A stretch of 63,818 nt of DNA, the filler included, from Licmophora abbreviata (Eukaryota): the NCBI GenBank assembly GCA_900291995.1. It is 4 parts of 4 records of this genome, joined end to end, with 100 filler letters (N's around TTAATTAATTAA, not from the genome) between each part and the next. Parts side by side here need not be neighbours in the genome. Positions count along the whole stretch, not along the records: positions 44,773 to 59,792 come from OLMU01000387.1; positions 59,893 to 63,818 come from OLMU01000393.1; 2 more parts are not named here. The stretch is one strand, 5' to 3'. This document shows positions 55,500 to 63,818 of the stretch, piece after piece (position 1 is the stretch's first letter; each line of letters opens with the position of its first letter). The position numbers were made by a program, and so were the translations under genes. The notes below the pieces were generated by a model. That model was not told where the DNA came from. It was given only the letters and a program-made list of their open reading frames with translations, and made no database searches.

Positions 55500-57021
55500 T
55501 TAGCAAACCTCCTTGACGTTTTTATTAGAAGAAGTTTCCACCTCGAGGTCAGTGTATGAAAGGGTCTGGTGGTGAGCCATAGGTTTGTTCACCTTCATGC
55601 CGTTGTCGCCGGCTTGCCATGCCACAATCTCTGTACACCAGGTGTAAATTTTGTCACAGAATGCCTGCATTGGAAGAATTGTAAATGGCTCCTCCATCTG
55701 ATTGGCAAGCTCCTCGGTGCCAAACAAGAAGAGGGAAACAAGAGCAACCGATGGGACCATCGCAACACGGTTCCAGAAGCCGTCAAAAGCACCATAGAGG
55801 GCGAGCGGCATACCAAGCAGCCAGAAGAACAAGAAGCGGGCAGTGTGGCGGGAATAGAAAAGAGGCACCGGCGACGTCAAGAGACGCTCAGAGCTTCCAA
55901 GGTTGTCCTCAAACACCGTAACGGCCTTGTTGATCTCGTTCTTTCTCAGCCAGTGCATTGGCAGGTTCTCAATGGCAACTGATAGATCAAACAACGCACG
56001 GTTCGGTCGATGAGCAGCGTCGATAATTGACTGGGCCTGTTGCCTGGGGAGCTTCCTATACATTTCCCTTCTGAAATCCTCTTCATCTTCGCGATCGGGA
56101 GACAAGTGACGCTTCATAGCGCGGACGAACGACCAGGTAGCCAGCGCAAGCGCGCTCAGGTCGTCGTTTCGCTGCTTCGCAGACACTCCCTCCATATCAT
56201 ACCAGGCAGTGGCCATTCGAACGAGATCACGTGTCCGGTTTATATTCATGCCCCAATTCTTTCTCGCTTCGTCCCATCGCTGGTAGCCAGTATTTGTTCG
56301 GAAAACTTTTGAGTGGGAGAGAGAGCGGAAACCTCCAATGAGGATGAATACGAGAAAGAGAAGACAGGGTTTCAGAAAAGTGTCACTTACCGAGGAGCAG
56401 GCCGAGTGCGCCACTCAATAAGGTAAACGGGGCCATAGGAAGCGTCAGCATTGGAAGGATCGAGTTCTTGAGGGCACCAGCATGGTGAACTCCCTGAAGA
56501 TCCGCCCAGTTTCCAGTGAGAGCATTCCAGAAGACGACGAACGCCGCAACCGCCGTAACGGTAAGCACTTGCCCACGAACATTTTTGTAGATGCCGGAAT
56601 TAAACGAAGAAAAGGCGTTTCGGAAAAATCGTTCCGGGGAACGGTGCTTGACCCAGTCATCGTGACAGTATATCGTGCGTCTGTACCTGCGGCTCTCCTC
56701 TCCGTAGGAAATGCTCTTGGGCATGGGGATGACAGGTGGGAGTCTCGTTGTACCATTGAGTTTCGTGCGGCCGACCTTCCTTCTCCTGTCCGTGGAGCCA
56801 GCAGAGTCGTCGACTCCACCGAAGTGATCGGCAAGGAGAAAGGCGAAGCCATAAACCTTCGTTAGGCTCTCTTTTCGTTTGCTCATATCGGCCGAAGAGT
56901 GACTACTCCGGGTAGTAGCAAAAGCACTGACTCTGCCAATCTGGGCAAAGAGCACAACGACAATAACGAGGACGCGACTCAATCGAAACACATTCGTTTG
57001 GGATGGGAGAGCAGTCGTCAT
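55500..57021 (-). CDS. Plastid/thylakoid bestrophin-like anion channel (BST/VCCN type; exons 57021-56391, 56305-55500)
   Basis: Signal ending VSA-FAT; YGEESRRYRRT..HDDWVKHRS..RF; LGLLL|VFRTNTGYQRWDEARKNWG; AHRP; ERLLTSPVPLFYSRHTARFL; EELANQMEEPF. Confidence 0.9.
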
Positions 57022-57466
57022 GCTTGATTCTTGATGTCGTCAGGCGAGAAGGAGCTGTTTGCTTTGCTTTGGAGACGAGAAACAGCTGCGCCATGTTCTA
57101 GGTTGACACGCCTGATCATGATTTACGACTGGAACAACTTCAACATCCAGCACGAGTTCGAAGTCATGACGTCGCGTTTGGCCCAAAGGAAGCATGTCAA
57201 TAAGTAATGGACCTTGAGACAGACATCCCAGGGCCATACTTCGGATGCTTTCGTTATTCATGACAAAACGTTCCACGCCCGATGAAGCCAATTTCCCATC
57301 TTCTCTCAACAGCAATGCCGCTGAACCCGTCGATCACCATCAATCGCTCCTGTCGAAAAGACTCACACCCCCTCATCAGCATGAGCTCGAAGCGCAACAC
57401 CCTAATCGTCCTGGCACGCAAACGGTGACCATCGACCACCAACCAACAACCACACAAGAGCCAACA

Positions 57467-58612
57467 ATGGAATTAAACAATCCATTCCCCACGCACAGAG
57501 ATCATGAGGAGGTCGTATCAAGAATTTTGAAGTCAGAAGAGCCTGTATCTCAGTTTGACTGGAAGCTTATCAAGAACTATCTAAAGCGCCATTCGGTTGT
57601 CACGCTGGGAGTGGTAGATGACGACCCAGCCGGTCGACGTCTAATCCTGCAGCTGCTTGGCAAGAACCCGCCTAGCGGCGTTGTGAAGCAGGCCCTGCTC
57701 ACATTTCCAGATGCACTGGTCTGCAACGTTTCTGCATTCTTCGTAGCCTCACAGGTGGAGAACTCACAAATCTTGTGTCAGCTCCTACGTCATGTCATTG
57801 AGCGACAGACGATTGGAAAGGATATGGGGGCGGTGTGTCCGTATCCGTGGATCCAGATGAATCGCGTCTCCGTCAAGACGGCGAGAGCTCTACTGAGCTA
57901 CTACCCCGAAGGCGTGCGTGGTGCCCTTCCAAACGCAGCCCTGACTCTTTTAGACACTATGCTTTTCTCGTCGGATAAGTTCAACCAGTTCTATCCCCAC
58001 TCGCCGCCTCATCCTTCATGGTGGGCAAAGCTCGACCTGGTGGTCCATGTCGCCGAGCATGGGAGACTTGACGACCCATCTATCCTGCACCCGATTCATA
58101 CCATACTGTCGCACGTTCTGAGTCACCCAGAGCTGTTGCTGAACCGTAGAGCAGCTTGTCGCGTCGTATGGCTCCTCCATGAGCTACGTCTCCGGGATGG
58201 GCGTCCGTTTCGGCTCCAGAACGTCAACGGAGACTTTCCTTTGCACGTTGCACTAAAACACAAGCGTGTATCTGACATTGGATCAGCGAAAGGGCTCATG
58301 TCATTGCTCATCGACTCGCATCCTGACGCTGCTCAAGTGTGTTCGGGCGACCAACGACTGCCGTTGCATCTCGCTTTGGAAAATGGGTGGCCAGAACACG
58401 AACGGTTGCTTGCGGCGGCACCCCAATCGCTTCACACGCGGGATGTCAAGTCGGGGTTCTATCCATTCCAGATTGCGGCTGCAGTTGCAGGCAACCAGTC
58501 AACGAGTGGCAAGCATACAATCAGTGAGAGGCGTTCTCTTGACACCATTTACACTCTACTCAGGGAGGATCCGGTCCAGGCTCGTGGATTGCTCGACCCA
58601 CAGTTGTCATAA
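57467..58612 (+). CDS. Ankyrin-like repeat protein (diatom-type); start uncertain (57467 or upstream at 57245)
   Basis: GDFPLHVAL, QRLPLHLALENG, RDVKSGFYPFQIAA, LDTIYTLLREDP. Confidence 0.7.
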   Translation: MELNNPFPTHRDHEEVVSRILKSEEPVSQFDWKLIKNYLKRHSVVTLGVVDDDPAGRRLILQLLGKNPPSGVVKQALLTFPDALVCNVSAFFVASQVENSQILCQLLRHVIERQTIGKDMGAVCPYPWIQMNRVSVKTARALLSYYPEGVRGALPNAALTLLDTMLFSSDKFNQFYPHSPPHPSWWAKLDLVVHVAEHGRLDDPSILHPIHTILSHVLSHPELLLNRRAACRVVWLLHELRLRDGRPFRLQNVNGDFPLHVALKHKRVSDIGSAKGLMSLLIDSHPDAAQVCSGDQRLPLHLALENGWPEHERLLAAAPQSLHTRDVKSGFYPFQIAAAVAGNQSTSGKHTISERRSLDTIYTLLREDPVQARGLLDPQLS

Positions 58613-58774
58613 TAAGTACCTGTAAGTCGGCAACTGCTGTCATTTTAACTAGAATGTCGACATGTGTAAGTGTAACCCATGCGTATCAGATGGAACTCCA
58701 TGATACGACCACGAGCTGGAACAAGTCTTCCTGCCCGTCCATGCAAACCAGGACCTACAAAGGTAGCTAGAGCG

Positions 58775-59587
58775 CTAGAGATTCGAAAGTTGTATTTGCA
58801 TGGCTCCGACTGACCCACCATCCACCGGCAGAACGACTCCGGTGCACCAAGCTCCCGCCTTGCTTGACAGATAAATACACGCCCCCGCCATGTCATCTTC
58901 ATTTCCCATGCGTCCAAGAGGAGTGTGTCTTGCAATCTCATCCGAGGTGGCACCCCACTTGCTCAGTCCAGCGCTCATGCGCGTTTCGACGAAACCAGGA
59001 GCTACCGCGTTGACAGTGATCCTCCGACCTGCGAGGTCGGCAGCCGTCTTTCTCGTCAATTGATGTACGGCTGCCTTGCTGACATCGTAGGCATGAGTGG
59101 GGGCGGCCTGTGGCACCAGGCCTGCAACACTCCCGATGTTGATGATTCTGGACGGATCTTGGACTGATGCCGTCTTTTCTAGTAGGGGAACACACTCTCG
59201 AGTTAAATAGAACATGCCCTTGACGTTGAGGTCCAGGACCTTATCCCATCCCCAATTCGCTTTACCAGACTCCCGATCGGAATATGGGTCTTCTCCCCAG
59301 GACGTGCCAGCGTTGTTGACAAGAACATGGAGACGAGAATCAAAGACCTTCTCCGCGTGTTTAGCCAGCGCCTGACACCCTTCGCGGGTGGAAACATTCG
59401 AAGGCACGTAGTGACATTGCAGTGTTTTCGCTGCCTCCGCGCAAGCTGTTTCGTCTCGCGATGTCAACAGCACATTGGCGCCGGCCGATACAAAGCCCTT
59501 GGCAATCATGTAGCCGATGCCTCTGGATCCTCCGCTTACCAGAACATTCTTTCCGGCAACGCTGAAGAGACTACTGCTCGCGGACAT
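58775..59587 (-). CDS. Classical short-chain dehydrogenase/reductase, possible PTS1 (SNL)
   Basis: SGGSRGIG, LVNNAG, catalytic YDVSK, ITVNAVAPG, PLGRMG, VDGG. Confidence 0.9.
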   Translation of the reverse strand: MSASSSLFSVAGKNVLVSGGSRGIGYMIAKGFVSAGANVLLTSRDETACAEAAKTLQCHYVPSNVSTREGCQALAKHAEKVFDSRLHVLVNNAGTSWGEDPYSDRESGKANWGWDKVLDLNVKGMFYLTRECVPLLEKTASVQDPSRIINIGSVAGLVPQAAPTHAYDVSKAAVHQLTRKTAADLAGRRITVNAVAPGFVETRMSAGLSKWGATSDEIARHTPLGRMGNEDDMAGACIYLSSKAGAWCTGVVLPVDGGSVGAMQIQLSNL

Positions 59588-59792
59588 GATGGGGGGGGGG
59601 TGATTCTTTGGAAGACGCGAGGGTGCGACGAGGTCGAAGGGCGTGATGGCGTGATGCTGTGGGTCGTGCGATGTGTCGCTCACATTCAACATTAGTCGAC
59701 CGCCCTCTCGGACGGGGCTGACGGCGCACCTTATTGAGTATATAATAATTCAAATGAACGTAATACTGGATATATACTCCGATATATATATA

Positions 59793-59892
59793 NNNNNNNN
59801 NNNNNNNNNNNNNNNNNNNNNNNNNNNNNNNNNNNNTTAATTAATTAANNNNNNNNNNNNNNNNNNNNNNNNNNNNNNNNNNNNNNNNNNNN
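59793..59892. other. Scaffold gap with TTAATTAATTAA linker (artificial)
   Basis: Same 100-nt cassette, preceded by a short (AT)n tract. Confidence 0.97.
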
Positions 59893-60744
59893 GAAATTCT
59901 GCTGAAGGTACGGATCCATATTGTCTCGAAAGGTTTCGCGGTCCCGTTCCTGTCCTTGAAATTCAATCATGTCCGGATCCACCGCAGCCGGCCGTGTCTC
60001 AGGAAACATATCGGCGTACTCCAAAAGATTCTCTTTGAAGTCCTTCACGTAAGCGTCGGGATCTCTGCGTTCATCTGCATCGCCATGGATGGTCGTATTG
60101 ATCAGGTCCGAGAAGTTCTTCTTGACCATGGCGTATTCTTCGGCGACGGCAAAACCGGGTTCGGGCGTAAGATTCTTGACTACATCCACCATTTCTCTAT
60201 TCCCAGCGTGCTCTCCTCCAACAACCGCCACCACAGCATGTCCAGACGATGCCGCCAGTTGCACCACACTGAGAGCCGCTGGCTGACTGGCACCATACAC
60301 TAGAAGCGTGCCATTCGATGAAGCCTTGAGGGCCCTCACAACCGCCGCTCCTTCGGCTGCCGGTCTCAGCAGGGCCAAGTACTCGAGCGGAATACTCTGC
60401 GCTACATCAGGACCTAAATCACCATACCGTCCATGCACCACAGTTCCCGACGGACTGAGAGCCGCCGAATCTCGCGCTGACACCTTGGTGGCATCGATGG
60501 CATGCGCCGACGTCACCGGGTTCCTTTGAGACGCGAGGCCCACCGCGGGGCCCTTGTCGCGCGGTGGCAGGTGCTCCGTGACGCTATTCTCATACTCCTC
60601 CCTCGGCGGCTTGACCGAATCCAACGTGTGTCCGGCAGGAATAGGCTCGTCCCAGTATGCCTCACGCCGTTTCATGGCAAAGCCACGAGCCACAGTACGT
60701 GAAACAAGCGGCAAACGCCGCAACGCTGGAGTTGCCGACAGCAT
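59893..60744 (-). CDS. Probable mitochondrial protein with a Rossmann/MDR-like segment; 3'-truncated by gap
   Basis: Presequence-like MLSATPALRRLPLVSRTVARGF; LLVYGASQPAALSVVQLA..GHAVVAVV. The ORF runs open into the N gap. Confidence 0.65.
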
Positions 60745-60974
60745 GGTCGAGATCGAGTGTTTTGTGCGCACGTAAGGCAACAGGGCATCTTGCGTAGGAA
60801 CCAGTAATGCTTCTACATGAGAGGTCTTCCGACTTCATGTGAGCAGATCTTTTTCTGCGGCTTGGAGCTCGAGCTTGTACTGGGCTGTCCCGTACGTATG
60901 TCGCACCGTCGTCTCACGAATGGAATTCTAAAAATACACTCGTCGCGCCACACCTCTCGGCTGATAGATAGACC

Positions 60975-62954
60975 ATGGCGGAAGGCACCAACGGCGGACG
61001 AGAACGTCGCTGCGACTACTGCGGGTCTACCTCTGGTCCTCTGAAACGTTGTTCTAGATGTCAAAAAGTGTATTATTGCTCGGTTCTGTGTCAAAGAGAC
61101 GACTGGAACGATGGACATCGTTCGAAATGCAAGACCGTTCAACAGCGTCGAAAGCAACAGCACGAGGCACAGCAAGCGTGGACAGAATTACAGGGGAAAC
61201 TGATTCAAATGTCCCCGCAGGAGGCACATGAGGAAATTCAGAAAGCTCAGGCCCATATTCGAATACTCGGGGAGAAAGGCGAGGAGGAGCATGAGGATCC
61301 TGCCGATAGTACGGATGGAGGCTCGTCACCACAATCATGTGCTTCCGCCAGGGATGACGCCACCAGGACTGTGGCAGTGGATGTGGAAGGCTCTTCGTCC
61401 GAAAACGGCCGTCATGAACTTTCAAGATCTGACATTCCCCCACTTTCTAGACGAGTGGAATCTGATGACGATTGGACGTACATCGTGGAAGAGATTGCCA
61501 ATCTGGCGTGTTTCCAAGTCACTCTACGACCACCCAAGCGACGAGGCTCGAGGATGGTCGAAGATCTGTCTGACATCCAGCTGTCAACAAAATGTATGAA
61601 TGAAAACAAAACGATCGTTCACGTACTACGCGGAAACACAGAGCTGATGCATGCTATCCTTCCGACTCGACTGAAGGTGTCTTCCGCTGAAGAGGAGTCG
61701 GACTCGAGCTTGTCTGTTCACAACGAAGGCGACGTGCTATGTCTTCGACTGCCATCAAAACAAGAGTCCTTCGGGGCAGAGGTGTCCATTCCATGCAGCA
61801 GAGTGACGTCGACAGAGATCGTTAACTCGTTGCAGTGTCGGTTCTGCCAACAGAACTTGCTTCCTACAGAGAAGGAAATCATTCATCGTGTCCTTCCTCT
61901 CCCAGCTGGACACTGGGATGAAGTGACTGACTATCTTGTATGCTACAACGGGGTGAGTGAGACTTCTTTAGCGATAACTTTGTTTGTATTGTTTGTCGGA
62001 GCTAACAGGTGCTTGCGTCCATAAATTACTTTGATACCGAAGCAACCAGCAGTCGATTTTTCTTCGGCAGCTTCATCGGCCCAGCTGGGCATAGCCATGG
62101 AAGACGAATCGGTAGTTGTTCTACACCGCGAGAATTTGGAAAGGGCGGTCTGTGTACTTGCCGTTGAAGCATATGGAGACGATGAGCAAGACGATACGGA
62201 AACTAACGACATGGCTCGGGATTCAGCCCTCTTTCGTGGGATCCGCACCTGGCGCGACTCCGTCGGTGGGGCGACAGCTTGCTGCAGTCAATGTTGTGCG
62301 CCTTTGGGCTTTGCGTCTGTTGAATCGCCCGAGACATTTCGCCTGTTGAAGCATCGTCTTGTTGCGTCCATCGACGGCAGTCCCTGCCAACTGCGGTCAT
62401 GTGCCTCGTTTGTTGCCAACGAAATGGTGCGGTACGCCGAATGCAAGGCTATCTACACGTTTGTGGTTTTGATTCGTACGGATATTCCAGAGGCCCGTTC
62501 GAAGAGTCTTTTGCTGAAGCTATTGAACTGGGATTCCCGGATGGCGTTTAGCCGAGACTCTCGCCGAGAAGGCAATGGAACGATTGACGTACTAGACTTC
62601 CAACGAGTCGCCAAGGTTGTATACGAAGTCTCTGAGGAACTGGTCTTGCAGGATACCACGAACGAGCCGATGCAGTGGACTTGGGGAGGAGTCGACATGT
62701 GCTGCCTTCCTGAATCATTTCAAAAGAATTTCGCTGCGAACGTTGGCAATGCACCGTCAATACCAAGCGGAAGTGTGGCATCGGTGCGATTGTGGCTATC
62801 CCCCGACGAGTGGAACGAAATGACCGACGAACTCATCGCCCATGCGCCTCCCATTTCAGAAGCCGTTATTGATGCCACACTGCTGGTCAAGCTTGGAAAG
62901 AAACGGACTACGGACGCCTCTAGTGTGCTTGGTCTGAGTGTTTTACCTTTATAA
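60975..62954 (+). CDS. MYND zinc finger fused to a UBE3D-like (HECT-like E2-binding) domain (exons 60975-61952, 62043-62954)
   Basis: CDYC..CSRCQKVYYCSVLCQRDDWNDGHRSKC; CRFCQQ..RVLPLPAGHWDEVTDYLVC; CSQCCAPLG; LLLKLLNWD; AKVVYE. Confidence 0.72.
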
Positions 62955-62973
62955 GAGTGCCTCGTCACTAACT

Positions 62974-63638
62974 CTACGCCTTGTCGGCTTTCGCTTCCTT
63001 TGCGTCCTTGAGCACCTCCGCCAATTCTCCACTCTCGTGCATGCCCAAAACAATGTCACACCCGCCAATAAACTCGCCTTTTACATACAGTTGTGGGATC
63101 GTAGGCCATTCGCTGTGATATTCGGGCGCAGCGACGGCTGTGTGTTAGAGCTGTATGAAAGATCAGCAGGAGTGACACGCCACATGCAGACTTACGAATA
63201 CTTTTTCACTCCTTCACGGATAGCAGGGTAGTCGAGAACATTCACACTGCTGTGAAACCGCGTAATAAACAATGTAAAACGAGGATTAGAATACAGAGCC
63301 CCTCGCGGTACAAGCTTGTGACGCATGAAACTGAAGCCTCACCTGAAGTCGACACCCTGCTCTTGAAGAACTCCCACGACACGTGCGCTGAAACCACACA
63401 TGGGCATGCTTGGGTTTCCCTTCATGTACAGCATCACTGGATTGGACTTGATATGCCCCTGGATAAGATTGAGAGCGACACCCTCGTCGTCGACGGTTTT
63501 GCGCTTGGGAGCGAAATCGTCGTGTGAATCAGACGAGAAGAAAGCTGCTGCTGCTGTTCTCTGATGGGCCCTAATTCCTGACGCCATCAAGGTGCCCGAT
63601 GGTCGACTGGCTACGCGCAACAATGTAGAGGACAACAT
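62974..63638 (-). CDS. GRX5: Mitochondrial monothiol glutaredoxin (exons 63638-63343, 63249-63196, 63112-62974)
   Basis: Presequence; [42 protein letters not shown]. Introns are in phase. Confidence 0.92.
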
Positions 63639-63818
63639 AACTTCTTCGGGTTTGCTACGAAATGTGAATACAATCGACGGGTTCGTGCTGTCTCATGGCT
63701 CATGGCATCATCGCCGCTTTCGTCGTCGCCGCGAAGGTTGAAGGTTCGTGATCAAATTGGTTAGGAGCGTGGGACAGACGTGCTCACTGTTCCGCCCACC
63801 TCTGTGTCGACGGATGGC

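Noticed and set aside
1..63818. CRISPR arrays, rRNA/tRNA genes, prokaryotic operons or defence systems
   Set aside because: No repeat-spacer arrays or structural RNA signatures seen; the region is intron-containing eukaryotic DNA.

Overview
Gene-dense eukaryotic nuclear DNA, most likely from a (pennate) diatom. Support: mostly short GT-AG introns of about 75-115 nt, compact head-to-head intergenic regions, many signal peptides followed by ASAFAP-like plastid-targeting motifs, and diatom-typical families (HA-repeat, BST bestrophin, Lsi2-like). I can support about 36 protein-coding genes. They include two tandem serine palmitoyltransferase LCB2 paralogs, two bestrophins, a half-size ABCG, an Lsi2-like transporter, TRAPPC13, a SET-MYND/JmjC divergent pair, SGF11, MMADHC, a centrin-like protein, LRRC57, stromal processing peptidase, VPS60, MCM2, TM9SF, eIF4A, a cyclophilin, HisIE, an SDR and GRX5. 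Three 100-nt scaffold gaps carry an artificial TTAATTAATTAA linker. I saw no rRNA, tRNA, CRISPR or recognisable transposon. Most interesting observations: (1) a plastid-targeted protein that appears to be two fused RbcX-like repeats, in a lineage with red-type Rubisco; (2) an Lsi2-like silicon efflux transporter with an extra N-terminal anchor and three RXL motifs like those of biosilica proteins; (3) a snR39B/SNORD2-like C/D snoRNA candidate in an eIF4A intron; (4) a plastid-targeted HA-repeat protein divergently paired with (1); (5) an apparent gene-conversion tract between the LCB2 paralogs; (6) an apparent frameshift in SPP. All family calls come from motif recognition by eye, not from database searches.
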